From positions 155,780 to 219,779 of the forward strand of contig CBDICJ010000007.1 of assembly GCA_965277335.1 (NCBI GenBank): 64,000 bases of DNA, given 5' to 3'. This DNA comes from Edaphobacter sp. (GTDB lineage Bacteria; Acidobacteriota; Terriglobia; Terriglobales; Acidobacteriaceae). The translations under genes and the position numbers were made by a program. The notes under the pieces were generated by a model. It did not search any database. It was given only the letters and a program-made list of their open reading frames with translations, and was not told where the DNA came from. Positions 34,311-43,809 of this stretch are shown here, piece by piece; within the stretch, counting starts at the first letter, position 1; every line of letters starts with the position of its first letter.

Positions 34311-35336
34311 TTAAAGGCGGATGACGATCTTGCCGAAGTGGGCGGCGGATTCCATGTGATGGAAGGCTTCGCGAACCTGGTCGGGCGCGAAGACCCGGTC
34401 GATGACAGGATGCAGGGCGGCTTCGGCAAGGCTCGCGTTCATCTGCTCGAACATGCTGCGCGAACCGACGTAGATACCCTGGATGCGGATCTGTTTGTGC
34501 AGGATAGGCGTGAGGGCGAGGGGATCCGAGGTGGCGCCGCCGGAGAGGACGCCGATCTGCGCGATGAGTCCGGCGACGCGGATGGCGCGGAGGGACTGGG
34601 CGAAGGTGTCGGCGCCGCCTACCTCGATGATGCGATGGGGGCCGCTGCCGCCGGTGATTTCCGCGGCCCATTTGAACCAGTCGGAATGCTGCTTGTAGTT
34701 GCGGCCTTCATCGAGGCCCAAGGCGCTGGCGCGGGCGAGCTTCTCGTCGCTGGAGGAGGTGCCGATGACCTTGAGGCCGAGGAGTTTTGCGAACTGGAGG
34801 GCGAAGATGGAGACGCCGCCTGTGCCCTGGATGAGGACGGTGTCGCCGGGTTGGGCGGGGCTGGGCGGCTCTCCGGCGTGGTGGAGGGCGTTCCAGGCGG
34901 TGACGCCGGCACAGGGGAGGGTGGCGGCCTCCTCGTAGCTGAGGTGTTCGGGGAAACGGATGACGCCGTCCTGGTGGAGCAGAGCGTATTCGGTGAGCAT
35001 GCCGTCTACGTCGCCGCCGAGGGCCTGCTTGGATTTGTCGGCGGTGAGAGGGCCGTCGAGCCAGCGCTGCATGAAGATGCCGCAGACGCGGTCGCCGGCG
35101 CGCACCCGGGTGACGCCCTGGCCCACGGCGACGACCTCTCCCGCGCCGTCGGAGCAGGGGATGCGGGGGAGGGACATTTTGGGGTTATAAAGGCCTTTGA
35201 CCATCATGAGGTCGCGGTAGTTGAGGGAGACGGCGCGAACCTTGATGAGGACGGCGCCGGGGGTGGGCTCAGGCTGGGGGAGTTCGACGGCTTGGAGATG
35301 GTCGATGCCGAATTGGGCGATGGGGTAGGCGTGCAT
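34311..35336 (-). CDS. Medium-chain dehydrogenase/reductase (NADPH:quinone oxidoreductase / Zn-ADH family)
   Basis: 341 aa. VLIKVRAVSLNYRD, GDRV, Rossmann VLIQGTGGVSIFALQFAKLLGLKVIGTSSS. Confidence 0.8.
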   Translation of the reverse strand: MHAYPIAQFGIDHLQAVELPQPEPTPGAVLIKVRAVSLNYRDLMMVKGLYNPKMSLPRIPCSDGAGEVVAVGQGVTRVRAGDRVCGIFMQRWLDGPLTADKSKQALGGDVDGMLTEYALLHQDGVIRFPEHLSYEEAATLPCAGVTAWNALHHAGEPPSPAQPGDTVLIQGTGGVSIFALQFAKLLGLKVIGTSSSDEKLARASALGLDEGRNYKQHSDWFKWAAEITGGSGPHRIIEVGGADTFAQSLRAIRVAGLIAQIGVLSGGATSDPLALTPILHKQIRIQGIYVGSRSMFEQMNASLAEAALHPVIDRVFAPDQVREAFHHMESAAHFGKIVIRL

Positions 35337-35451
35337 AGCTCTGAGATGCGGTACAGGCGGATGCGGTTCCGGAGATGCGGTTTCGGGGGGATGCGGTACA
35401 GGGGAGATGCAGCGCGAAAGTTTTTTCTGTATCGAATAGACGCGGCGTAGA

Positions 35452-35709
35452 ATGAGGGCTATGTCGCGAGGCTGGGAGAGTAAATCCGTGGAAGAACAGC
35501 AAAATCAGGCTGCCGCTCCGAAACCCGTCGCCGCGGATTCTCGCGTGGAGGAGGCGGAGCGCAAACGCAGACGGCAGGCGCTGGAGCTGCAGCGAGAGCG
35601 GATTCTGTCGGAGCGGACGTCGAGTCCACATCGGCGATCGGCGCTGACGAATGCGCTGGCGGATATTGAAGAGAAGCTGGCGGAGCTGGGTTGGACGATC
35701 CACCTGTAG
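35452..35709 (+). CDS. Small charged hypothetical protein
   Basis: 85-aa ORF (or start at the MSRGWESKS ATG) rich in E/R/Q. No family recognised. Its last 6 codons plus stop lie in the 31-bp duplicated segment. Confidence 0.4.
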   Translation: MRAMSRGWESKSVEEQQNQAAAPKPVAADSRVEEAERKRRRQALELQRERILSERTSSPHRRSALTNALADIEEKLAELGWTIHL

Positions 35710-35722
35710 CTGGGGCTGGGTG
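35692..35722. repeat. 31-bp direct repeat, copy 1
   Basis: TGGACGATCCACCTGTAGCTGGGGCTGGGTG, identical to 36077-36107. Confidence 0.95.
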
Positions 35723-35966
35723 GATGGCGCGTCAGTGTGGAGCGCGGTCGAACGAGTTGCGCTGGCGTGGGTCTACCAATTTAAAAATCTGTTTAGGGAA
35801 GCTCTGATCAAGTGTAGTGGCCTCCGAAGAGGATTTCCTCGGAGGCTAAAGCCCGCTTCGTTTGCGTGGCTTACGGCGCGGCTGAAGCCACGCCCTTTCA
35901 AGGCCACGAACTCATCAGAGGTGTGCTAGAACCGTCGTAGCACTCTAGATTTGTGGCACCGCTGAC

Positions 35967-36076
35967 GTAAAACAAGCAACGGCAAAAGCGAAGTGCGGGG
36001 ATCTTGATGAGTGTTGGAAAGCGGTCTCGCTACGCTCGATGCCCACATCTCAGAATCGAGATATGGGGCACCCGGC
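35967..36076. repeat. Composite repeat: B 5' part + C hairpin module (C5)
   Basis: GTAAAACAAGCAACGGCAAAAGCGAAGTGCGGGGATCT... then CCCACATCTCAGAATCGAGATATGGGGCACCCGG (36042-36075). Confidence 0.8.
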
Positions 36077-36107
36077 TGGACGATCCACCTGTAGCTGGGG
36101 CTGGGTG
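36077..36107. repeat. 31-bp direct repeat, copy 2
   Basis: TGGACGATCCACCTGTAGCTGGGGCTGGGTG, identical to 35692-35722. Ends 1 nt before the SDR gene stop codon. Confidence 0.95.
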
Positions 36108-36108
36108 C

Positions 36109-36882
36109 TCAGCTGCGGCGGTTCAGGACGAGCGAGTTGGCCTGGTCGATGGAGGTCATGAGCACGTCGTGAATGTTGACGTGAGGGGGGCGACTGGCGG
36201 CCCAGAGGATAGCCTCGGCTACGTCCTCCGGCTGCAGGGGTGTGATGTTGCGGTAGACCTTGGCGGCTTTTTCCTGGTCGCCGTGGAAGCGAACGGCGCT
36301 GAAGTCGGTTTCGACCATGCCGGGATCGATGGAGGTGACGCGGACGGGCGTGCCCATGAGGTCGAGCTTGAGGCCTTCGCTGATGGCTTTTTCGGCGGCC
36401 TTGCTGGCGCAGTAGACGGCGCCGTTGGCGTAGGTGAGGTGGCCGGCGGTGGACCCGAGGCTGATGACATGCCCGCGACCGCGAGCGACCATGCCGGGAA
36501 CGATGGCGCGGGTTACGTAGAGGAGCCCTTTGACATTGGTGTCGATCATCTCGTTCCAGTCCTGAGGGTCGTCTTCGTAGACCTTGGACAGGCCGCGGCT
36601 GAGGCCGGCGTTGTTGAGGAGAATGTCGATCTCGCGCCAGGCGGGGGGAAGGTTGGCGAGGGCGGTTTCGACGTCTGCGCGGTGCTGCACGTCGAGCTTG
36701 AAGAGGTGGACAGATTTGGCGCCGGCGGAGTGGAGCGTTTGCTGGAGTTCTTCCAGGCGATCGAGACGGCGGGCGCAGAGGAGGAGGCGCGCGCCCTCGC
36801 GGGCGAAGGCGATGGCGGAGGCGCGGCCGATTCCCGAGCTTGCGCCGGTGATGAGGACGATTTTTTCCTGAAGAGAGGTCAT
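36109..36882 (-). CDS. ydfG: SDR family NADP-dependent 3-hydroxy acid dehydrogenase (YdfG-like)
   Basis: ITGASSGIGRA, NNAG, and YCASKAA catalytic Y-x3-K. Collinear with E. coli YdfG as I remember it (IDILVNNAG..DWxxMIDTNxKGLxYxTRAxxPGMV..). Start trimmed to MTSLQEK; the upstream ORF extension is repeat DNA. Confidence 0.85.
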   Translation of the reverse strand: MTSLQEKIVLITGASSGIGRASAIAFAREGARLLLCARRLDRLEELQQTLHSAGAKSVHLFKLDVQHRADVETALANLPPAWREIDILLNNAGLSRGLSKVYEDDPQDWNEMIDTNVKGLLYVTRAIVPGMVARGRGHVISLGSTAGHLTYANGAVYCASKAAEKAISEGLKLDLMGTPVRVTSIDPGMVETDFSAVRFHGDQEKAAKVYRNITPLQPEDVAEAILWAASRPPHVNIHDVLMTSIDQANSLVLNRRS

Positions 36883-37004
36883 GAGGTTCTTATATCCAAA
36901 AAGCTGGGAAAAGGCGAAGGGTTGCGGTTCGGTTAGGTTGAGGCGGCGATCCTTGGCAGGTTTACGAATATGTCTGAAAAAAGTTCGCAACGGTTTACGG
37001 GATA

Positions 37005-37241
37005 GCAAAACAAGCAACAAAAAGACGAAATGCGGGGATCTCTCTACTTCACCGTGCGATAAAACGCACGGCTTACCACCCCAGCGAGCAAAAGCCCTCG
37101 CCGGGGAACCCCGGTGGCTCCGGTCGAGATGACGGCTTCTTTCGATTTCTGGACAGGGTCTTCGGTCGAGAGGACGGCTTTTTGAGTTTCCGGACAGGTT
37201 CTTCGGTCGCGATGACAACTACTTTTGAGTTCTCGACGGGG
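37005..37241. repeat. Composite repeat: B + D + three tandem ~40-bp units
   Basis: GCAAAACAAGCAACAAAAAGACGAAATGCGGGGATCTCTCTACTTCACCGTGCGATAAAACGCACGGCTTACCACCCCAGCGAGCAAAAGCCCTCGCCGGGGAACCCCGGTGGCTCCGGTCGAGATGACGG..., then (T)TCGGTCG(A/C)GA(T/G)GAC..TTT.GA(T/G)TT.C.GGACAGG x3 (37118-37241). Confidence 0.85.
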
Positions 37242-37243
37242 TC

Positions 37244-39169
37244 TCAGGCTACGGCGGTGAGGAAGTCGACGCGGAGGCGTTTTTGTCCGGCTTTTTCGAA
37301 GTTTACGAGGGCGTTGGTTTCGTGGAGGTCGATGACTTTGCCGGGCCCGAAGCGCTTGTGACGGACAAGGTCGCCGGGGGCGAAGGCGGCGGGGGTGGAG
37401 GGGACGGGGAGGGTTTCGGGAGCGGTGGTGAGGATGTCGCCGTGGATGGTTTCGATGCGGGTGAGGCCGGAGTCGGGTGAGTCGAGGGAGCGAGGAGATG
37501 GCGGCGCGGCAGTTCTGGTCGAGAGGTGCGCAGGGACTTGAAGGGAGGCTGGGGTGGAGGCATGGAGGAGGGCGTGGTTTGCAGGCTGGACGGTGTTGGC
37601 GGCGGTGCAGTTGTCGCAGCGGAGGCAGGGTTCGCCCTGCGGGTCGCCGAAGTAGGCGCGGATGATCTGGGTGCGGCAGGAGGTGGATTCGGCGTAGTGC
37701 ATCATCTCGGCGAGGCGGTCTTTGTCGCTGTGGGCGCGGTCGACGTAGGTCTTGAGGATCGCTTCGAGAGCTTGATCGGTTGGGATTTCGTCGGAGGCGA
37801 GAGAGAAGCCCTGGCGGTTGGACTGCACTAGGCCGGCCTCGCGGAGCAGGTGGAGGATGACCTGGGTGCGACGGCGGCCTGTTTCGGACTGCGCGGCGAT
37901 GTCGAGAGCGGAGAGGACGGGCCGGGCAGAGGTGTCTGTCGCGGGGGTGTCTGCTGCGGGGGTGTCTATTTCGGGTGTGCTTCGGGCGCTGAGAGTTTCG
38001 ATGACGACGCGGAGTTCTTCGAGTTTGGGATAGCGGCCGGCGAGGAAAAAGCTTTGGATGCGCTTGTCTTCGAGGCGGTAGAGGAGGACAGCGCGGGCGG
38101 GTTCGCCGTCGCGGCCGGCGCGGCCTGCCTCCTGATAGTAGGTCTCGAGGGAGTCGGGGAATTCGAAGTGATAGACGAAGCGGATGTCGGGCTTGTCGAT
38201 GCCGAGGCCGAAGGCTTTGGTGGCGATCATGACTTTGTGGTCGCCGCGCATGAACTCTTGCTGGACCTGCTCGCGGTCGCGGGCGCTCATGCGGCCGTGA
38301 TAGCGCCCGGCCGATACGCCGTGTTCGGTGAGCCAGGCGTGAAGCTCGTTGGCGGAGCGGACGCTGGCGGTGTAGATGATGCCGGTTCCCTGCTCTTTTT
38401 CGATCATGGAGGAGATGCGAGCGATCTTGGCGTCGTTGTTGACGGTGGGGTGGACGGCGAGGAAGAGGTTGTCGCGGGCGGTGCCGGCGTGGACGTGGGC
38501 GGCGTCGGGGATGTGGAGGCTGGCGAGGATCTCGTCGATGACCTGTTCGGTGGCGGTGGCGGTGAGGGCGAGGACGGGCGGGTTGCCGAGGGCCTGGCGG
38601 GCGTAGCCGAGGCCGAGATAGGCGGGGCGAAAGTCGTGTCCCCATTGCGAGATGCAGTGGGCCTCGTCGACGACGAAGAGGGAGATGCCGCCGTTGTCGA
38701 TGAGGCTGGCGAGGAAGTCGCTATTTTCGAGGCGCTCGGGGGTGACGTAGAGGAGCTGCGGGATGCCTTCGTCAATGGCCTCGGCGGCGGCGCTGGCTTG
38801 GGCGCGGGTGAGGGTGGAGTCGATTTTTTCGACCGCGATGTCGGCCTGCTGGGCTTTGTCCTGCTGGTCCTGCATGAGGGCGATGAGGGGAGAGACGACG
38901 ATGACGGGTTTGGGCAGGAAGAGCGCGGGGATCTGGTAGGTGAGGGATTTGCCGGCGCCGGTGGGCATGATGGCGAGGGTGCTGCGGCCGTGGAAGACGG
39001 AGTCGAGGACCTCGCGCTGGCCGGGGCGGAGATGGTCGATGTGGAAGCGGCGGCGGGCTTCGCGGAGGATGCTGGGCCAGGGGATGGGGGCGGCTTTCGT
39101 TCGGGTGTTGGCTCTCGGACGAGGGCGCGCTGCTTTTGAGGATGGGAGGGTGCTGGATTTTTGCGGCAT
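37244..39169 (-). CDS. recQ: ATP-dependent DNA helicase RecQ family
   Basis: [11 protein letters not shown]..., [58 protein letters not shown], and Zn-finger C..C..C..C. C-terminal short SH3/Tudor-like tail ([15 protein letters not shown]). Confidence 0.92.
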   Translation of the reverse strand: MPQKSSTLPSSKAARPRPRANTRTKAAPIPWPSILREARRRFHIDHLRPGQREVLDSVFHGRSTLAIMPTGAGKSLTYQIPALFLPKPVIVVSPLIALMQDQQDKAQQADIAVEKIDSTLTRAQASAAAEAIDEGIPQLLYVTPERLENSDFLASLIDNGGISLFVVDEAHCISQWGHDFRPAYLGLGYARQALGNPPVLALTATATEQVIDEILASLHIPDAAHVHAGTARDNLFLAVHPTVNNDAKIARISSMIEKEQGTGIIYTASVRSANELHAWLTEHGVSAGRYHGRMSARDREQVQQEFMRGDHKVMIATKAFGLGIDKPDIRFVYHFEFPDSLETYYQEAGRAGRDGEPARAVLLYRLEDKRIQSFFLAGRYPKLEELRVVIETLSARSTPEIDTPAADTPATDTSARPVLSALDIAAQSETGRRRTQVILHLLREAGLVQSNRQGFSLASDEIPTDQALEAILKTYVDRAHSDKDRLAEMMHYAESTSCRTQIIRAYFGDPQGEPCLRCDNCTAANTVQPANHALLHASTPASLQVPAHLSTRTAAPPSPRSLDSPDSGLTRIETIHGDILTTAPETLPVPSTPAAFAPGDLVRHKRFGPGKVIDLHETNALVNFEKAGQKRLRVDFLTAVA

Positions 39170-39333
39170 TAGATCTCTCTGGAGTCCGTTCTGGGCTTTC
39201 GTTTTGACATAGGATGCAGGAGCGGAGGCGGGCGGCGATGCGGTTCTGGTCCGGAATCTAGTTGGGCGGCGGCTTCAGCTCGGGTCGCTGCGGGCGGCCT
39301 GGGAAGCGAGGTGTATCTGCTATATTTTGCTGA

Positions 39334-40977
39334 ATGCGCGGTATCCTGAATCGGCATCCGGCGGCGTTGGTCTCGTGCCTGTTCCTGGCAATCGTATCCG
39401 CGCTGGTGGTGATCCTCCGGCGACAGACGGGCGGGATGTTTGTCTATCCGCTCGACGACAGCTACATTCATCTGGCGCTGGCGCGCACGTTGATTCGGCA
39501 TCATGTCTGGGGCATCGACGGGAGTGCGTTTGCGAGCGCATCGTCGTCTCCGGGGTGGACGATTCTGCTGAGTCTGTGCGATGGGATATTCGGCGCGCGC
39601 CTGTTCAACGGGCTGCTTGCGAACCTGGTGGCGGGGGTTGGGGTTCTGTTCGCCGTCGATTATGGGATGCGGGCTCTTGTGCCGGCGGCGGGGGTTGGCG
39701 TTCGCTATGTCGTGCTGCTTGTCGTTTTATTCGGGACGCCGCTGCCCAACCTGGCGCTGCTCGGGATGGAGCATGTGGCGCAGACGCTGGCTACGCTGCT
39801 GCTGGTGTTATTCAGCGTACAGGCGATTGCCGTGGAGAGGAGGTCGGCAATCCCGCGCGGCGTTGTGTTTCGCCTACTGCTGCTGGCCGCTGCTGCCGGA
39901 GCGCTTCGCTATGAGGCGGTCTTTGTAGTGGTTCCAGTGTGCCTATTGCTTGCGGCGCGTGGCCGGGTGGGAGTGGCCGCGCTGGTGGGGCTTTGCTCGG
40001 CGGTTGGGCCGGTCGTCTTCGGCGCGTATTTTTATCACAAGTCTGGGTTGTGGCTGCCGTTCTCGGTGATCGTGAAAGCTGCCGAGCCGAGGACGGCGGC
40101 GGCGAATTTTTTCGTCGAGGCGCTGCATCACACCAATGGTGCACGGTTTCGGCCGATGCTTATCCTGATGGCAGCCGTATGGCTGGTGCGCCTGCGCAGG
40201 CTCGCCTGGATGCGGCCGTCTCAGGTGCTGCTGGGGTTGAGCTTCCTGGTCTGCCTGCTGCATCTTGTCTTCGCTCCGGTGGGCTGGCTGATGCGGTATG
40301 AAAGCTATCTGTTTGCGCTCGCGTTTTTTTCGCTCGGCGTTGCGCTTGCGGAGCTGCCGCCGCTGAGGGCGTGGGGTAAGGAGGTCGTGAGATCCTCGCC
40401 TCTGGTGTGGGCCGAGATCGGTTTGATCGTTCTTCTGGGAGCGAGAGTGGCGGGCGATGTCGTGCTTCGGGCGGTGAGTGGGCTGGAGCTGCCGGTTGAG
40501 GCATCGGTCGACCGCTACTATGAACATATCCAAATGGCGAAGTTCGTCGCCAGGGACTATGACCATGACACGGTGGTGGTGAACGACATTGGCGCAATCG
40601 CGTACTACTCCGATGCGCACCTTTTGGATCTGATTGGGCTTGGGAGCGCGGGGCCGGCGATCGCGACGCACGCGAAGCATCCTTATACGCCTAGCGATGT
40701 GAAGGACTGGGCCGCGTCCGAGCATGCCTCGATTGCGGTCGTGCAGTCGCACTGGCACGCGGTCGCCGATATATTGCCGCCGTCCTGGACGAAGGTTGCG
40801 ACCTGGGTGGTGCCGCGCAACGTCGTGTTCGGGGACTATGACGTCGGGTTTTATGCAGTGAACCCGGCGGAGGTCCCCAGGCTTTGCGCAAGTCTGATGA
40901 GCTTCCCCCTACCGCCGAAGGACAGGATTGAGCTTTCGCCGGTGTGCAAAGCGCAGGGAGTGCCGAAGGGTCTCTGA
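39334..40977 (+). CDS. Large polytopic membrane protein with C-terminal soluble domain (possible GT-C-like glycosyltransferase)
   Basis: 547 aa with ~11 hydrophobic segments and an early DD motif (VYPLDDSYIHL) in the first loop, as in GT-C enzymes. Function not established. Confidence 0.55.
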   Translation: MRGILNRHPAALVSCLFLAIVSALVVILRRQTGGMFVYPLDDSYIHLALARTLIRHHVWGIDGSAFASASSSPGWTILLSLCDGIFGARLFNGLLANLVAGVGVLFAVDYGMRALVPAAGVGVRYVVLLVVLFGTPLPNLALLGMEHVAQTLATLLLVLFSVQAIAVERRSAIPRGVVFRLLLLAAAAGALRYEAVFVVVPVCLLLAARGRVGVAALVGLCSAVGPVVFGAYFYHKSGLWLPFSVIVKAAEPRTAAANFFVEALHHTNGARFRPMLILMAAVWLVRLRRLAWMRPSQVLLGLSFLVCLLHLVFAPVGWLMRYESYLFALAFFSLGVALAELPPLRAWGKEVVRSSPLVWAEIGLIVLLGARVAGDVVLRAVSGLELPVEASVDRYYEHIQMAKFVARDYDHDTVVVNDIGAIAYYSDAHLLDLIGLGSAGPAIATHAKHPYTPSDVKDWAASEHASIAVVQSHWHAVADILPPSWTKVATWVVPRNVVFGDYDVGFYAVNPAEVPRLCASLMSFPLPPKDRIELSPVCKAQGVPKGL

Positions 40978-41012
40978 GAGGCTGTTTAAATACTGCTTTA
41001 CGGTTCAGATGT

Positions 41013-41127
41013 AACAAAAAACAGACAACAACAAAAGCGAAATGCGGGGATCTCTCCACTACGCCGTGCGATAAAACCACACGGCTTCGGCCGAGATGAC
41101 GACTTTAAGAAGTTATTAGACAGGTTC
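41013..41127. repeat. Repeat module B, copy B7
   Basis: AACAAAAAACAGACAACAACAAAAGCGAAATGCGGGGATCTCTCCACTACGCCGTGCGATAAAACCACACGGCTTCGGCCGAGATGACGAC..TTAGACAGGTTC. Confidence 0.85.
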
Positions 41128-41158
41128 TGAGAGGCTGTTCCAAAAACCAGACAGGCGG

Positions 41159-41818
41159 CTAGGCGGAGGCTTCTTCGGTGGCGGATTTGGTCTGGGCTAC
41201 GGTCCAGTCGGGGGCGCCTACTTTGAAGCGGGCGAAGCGGCGGACGCTGATGTTTTCGCCGAGCTTGGCGACCTTGGAGGCGATGAGGGCGGCGATGGTC
41301 TGCGAAGACTCCTTGATGAAGGGCTGGTCGAGGAGGCAGAACTCTTCGTAGAACTTGGCGAGCTTGCCTTCGAGCATCTTCTCGACGATGTTGGCGGGCT
41401 TGCCGGTGGCGGCGGCCTGGGCGCGGTAGACGTCCTTCTCGCGGTTGAGGTCGGCTTCGGTGACGTCTTCGCGGCTGACGAAACGGGGGTCGACGGCGGC
41501 GATGTGCATGGCGACGTCGCGGAGGAGTTCCTGGAAGTCTTCGGTGCGAGCTACGAAATCGGACTCGCAGTTGAGCTCGAGCAGGACGCCGATCTTGCCG
41601 CCGGCGTGGATGTAGGTGCCGACCGCGCCTTCGTTGGTGGTGCGGCTGGCTTTTTTAGCGGCGGAGGCCATGCCGCGCTTGCGCAGGACGACGAAGGCTT
41701 CTTCCATGTCGCCTTTGGCTTCCTGGAGGGCCTTGAGGCAGTCGCCCATGGGGGCGCCGGATTTTTCGCGGAGTTCCTTGACGAGTTTTGCGTCGATCTT
41801 TACGGCAGTGTCGGACAT
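41159..41818 (-). CDS. tsf: Translation elongation factor Ts (short form)
   Basis: MSDTAVKIDAKLVKELREKSGAPMGDCLKALQEAKGDMEEA (UBA-like N-domain) and LLELNCESDFVAR. Start trimmed to the ATG at 41818. Confidence 0.93.
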   Translation of the reverse strand: MSDTAVKIDAKLVKELREKSGAPMGDCLKALQEAKGDMEEAFVVLRKRGMASAAKKASRTTNEGAVGTYIHAGGKIGVLLELNCESDFVARTEDFQELLRDVAMHIAAVDPRFVSREDVTEADLNREKDVYRAQAAATGKPANIVEKMLEGKLAKFYEEFCLLDQPFIKESSQTIAALIASKVAKLGENISVRRFARFKVGAPDWTVAQTKSATEEASA

Positions 41819-41841
41819 TGTGATTCCCTTCTGATCCTTGC

Positions 41842-42018
41842 CTAGCGGCTTTTCGTTTGATCGCCCAGTGTGGAGTCGATGGTCTGCTCCAGGCGATCGA
41901 AATTTGCATTCATCAAACGGAGGAAACGTCGATCTGACCAGTAGCGAATGCAGGCGGCTAGCACGATCGTCGAGGTCGGAACAGTGAGCAGCAGGGCGTA
42001 TTGCGTTTGGAAGGTCAT
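41842..42018 (-). CDS. Candidate 58-aa small membrane protein between rpsB and tsf
   Basis: My own translation: MTFQTQYALLLTVPTSTIVLAACIRYWSDRRFLRLMNANFDRLEQTIDSTLGDQTKSR*. One TM-like segment, weak GAAG upstream, moderate GC3. Below the 60-aa cutoff of the ORF track. Confidence 0.3.
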   Translation of the reverse strand: MTFQTQYALLLTVPTSTIVLAACIRYWSDRRFLRLMNANFDRLEQTIDSTLGDQTKSR

Positions 42019-42072
42019 CTTCTAGAGCATCTTCGGTGAAGGGGTGGACGGTCGGGGGAAGAGTCGTGATCT

Positions 42073-42136
42073 CCCACCCTTTGCGCAAAGTGACGCGCAA
42101 AGGATGGGGCACCCGAAGTTTGCACCCGAAGTTTGC
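42073..42136. repeat. Repeat module C, copy C6 (in the rpsB-tsf spacer)
   Basis: CCCACCCTTTGCGCAAAGTGACGCGCAAAGGATGGGGCACCCGAAGTTTGCACCCGAAGTTTGC. Confidence 0.8.
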
Positions 42137-42168
42137 TAAGACTTGTGACAGGGTGCGGCAACTCTGCC

Positions 42169-43107
42169 TTAGACGGCGGCCTGGGCGGAGATGGTTTCGG
42201 GCTCGGAGTCGGGCTCGCTGGCGGCGGGCGCCTTGCGGATATTGCCTCCGAGGACGGCCTCGAGATCGACGGTCTCCTCTTCGTCGGCAGGTGTGTCGAC
42301 GGTGGGGGCGGACTCCTGAACTTCGAGATCGGAGTTGAGGATTTCGCCGTCTTCGCCGATGTGCTCGGGGGAGACTGCGAGCGGCTGGACGTCGGCGGCT
42401 TCGGTGGCGAAGGCCTTCTCGGAGACCATTTGGACGCCTTCGTAGGCGGAGTCGGCGATCTTGGTGGTGAAGAGGCGGATGGCGCGGAGGGCGTCGTCGT
42501 TGCCGGGGATGACGTAGTCGACGACGGTGGGGTCGCAGTTGGTGTCGACGACGGCGACGACGGGGATACCGAGCTTGCGGGCTTCGGCGACGGCGATGGC
42601 TTCGTTGTTGGAGTCGACGACGAAGATGGCGTCGGGAAGGCGCTTCATGTTCTTAATGCCGGCGAGGTTGGTCGTCAAATGCTTGCGCTCACGCTCAAGC
42701 TTGATGACTTCCTTCTTGGTGAGGAGCTCGTAGCGGCCGTCGGTCGACATGTCGTCGAGCTCGGTGAGGCGCTTGACGGACTTCTGCACGGTGACCCAGT
42801 TGGTCAGGAGGCCGCCGAGCCAGCGGCTGTTGATATAAGGCATGCCGGCGCGGGTGGCTTCTTCAGCGATGGCGTCCTGGGCCTGGCGCTTGGTGCCGAC
42901 GAAGAGGACGAGCTTGCCGGTGGAGGTGAGGTCGGTGACGAACTTCGACGCCTCTTTGAACATCTTGAGGGTCTTCTGGAGGTCGATGATGTAAATGCCG
43001 TTGCGCTCGCCGAAGATGTATTCCTTCATCTTGGGGTTCCAGCGCTTGGTTTGGTGGCCGAAGTGGACGCCGGCTTCGAGCAGTTCTTTCATTGTGATAT
43101 TTGCCAT
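42169..43107 (-). CDS. rpsB: 30S ribosomal protein S2 (with acidic C-terminal extension)
   Basis: [43 protein letters not shown] is canonical S2. Confidence 0.96.
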   Translation of the reverse strand: MANITMKELLEAGVHFGHQTKRWNPKMKEYIFGERNGIYIIDLQKTLKMFKEASKFVTDLTSTGKLVLFVGTKRQAQDAIAEEATRAGMPYINSRWLGGLLTNWVTVQKSVKRLTELDDMSTDGRYELLTKKEVIKLERERKHLTTNLAGIKNMKRLPDAIFVVDSNNEAIAVAEARKLGIPVVAVVDTNCDPTVVDYVIPGNDDALRAIRLFTTKIADSAYEGVQMVSEKAFATEAADVQPLAVSPEHIGEDGEILNSDLEVQESAPTVDTPADEEETVDLEAVLGGNIRKAPAASEPDSEPETISAQAAV

Positions 43108-43270
43108 GAGGCTCCTTGGTTTAAGACAGCCGGTACCGTGGTGCCGGTGCCTGGATTAATCCTTCGCCTTACGAGACAGGCTCGGGAGATTTGACTCCAT
43201 TCCCTCGATGGAACAGCTTCGAGGGGTGATGCGATGACTTCGATTGGTTCGGGTGGCCCAAACTCTACTG

Positions 43271-43311
43271 GCGGGAAAACCCAGGTCTCAGAATCGAGAC
43301 CTGGGGCACCC
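43271..43311 (-). terminator. Module C copy C7 acting as a terminator-like hairpin downstream of rpsI
   Basis: Minus strand: CCCAGGTCTC-GATTCT-GAGACCTGGG followed by TTTTCCCGCC, starting ~20 nt after the rpsI stop. Confidence 0.4.
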
Positions 43312-43331
43312 AATTGCTTACCGGCCAGTTG

Positions 43332-43727
43332 TTAGCGCTTCGAGAACTGGAAGCGAGCGCGAGCGCCCTTCTGGCCGTACTTCTTGCGCTCCTTGCCGCG
43401 GGAGTCGCGGGTGACGAGGCCTTCCGCCTTGAGCGCCTTGCGGAGCTCGGGGTTGAATTCCATGAGGGCGCGGGCGATGCCGAGCTTGACGGCGTCGGCT
43501 TGGCCCATGACGCCGCCGCCCTTGACGGTGGTGATGACGTCGAAGGTTTCGCCGATGTCGGCGATGCCGAGGGAGCGGCGAGCGGCTGCGCGCTGCTGGG
43601 CGGTGACGAAGTAGACGTCACACTCTTTTTTGTTGACGGTAAAGTTGCCGCTGCCCGGACGCAGGAAGACGCGCGCGATCGAGCTTTTGCGGCGGCCGGT
43701 TCCGTAGTATTGAATCAGATCTGCCAT
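43332..43727 (-). CDS. rpsI: 30S ribosomal protein S9
   Basis: [19 protein letters not shown]...[19 protein letters not shown]...[25 protein letters not shown]. Confidence 0.96.
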   Translation of the reverse strand: MADLIQYYGTGRRKSSIARVFLRPGSGNFTVNKKECDVYFVTAQQRAAARRSLGIADIGETFDVITTVKGGGVMGQADAVKLGIARALMEFNPELRKALKAEGLVTRDSRGKERKKYGQKGARARFQFSKR

Positions 43728-43809
43728 AGTGCTCCTTGAATTTTCGTGCTCAGTAGATGTCCGGGCTAAAGCCTGGACCTATCACAAAAGCAAAAACTTG
43801 GACTTATCA

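Noticed and set aside
36883-37218. 5' extension of the SDR ORF (369 aa) and 5' extensions of the tsf (41819-42112), GGDEF (51538-52083) and glycoside hydrolase (14742-14906) ORFs
   Set aside because: The extensions run through module B, C and D repeats (peptides like ..GEVERSPHFVF.., ..SPTPVASVEM..). They precede well-placed internal starts that match family N-termini.
37044-39139. 533-aa (minus, off-frame) and 429-aa (plus) ORFs overlapping recQ
   Set aside because: recQ helicase motifs I-VI are all in the 37244-39169 frame. The alternatives are low-complexity Arg/Pro or Gly/Asp/Glu frames.
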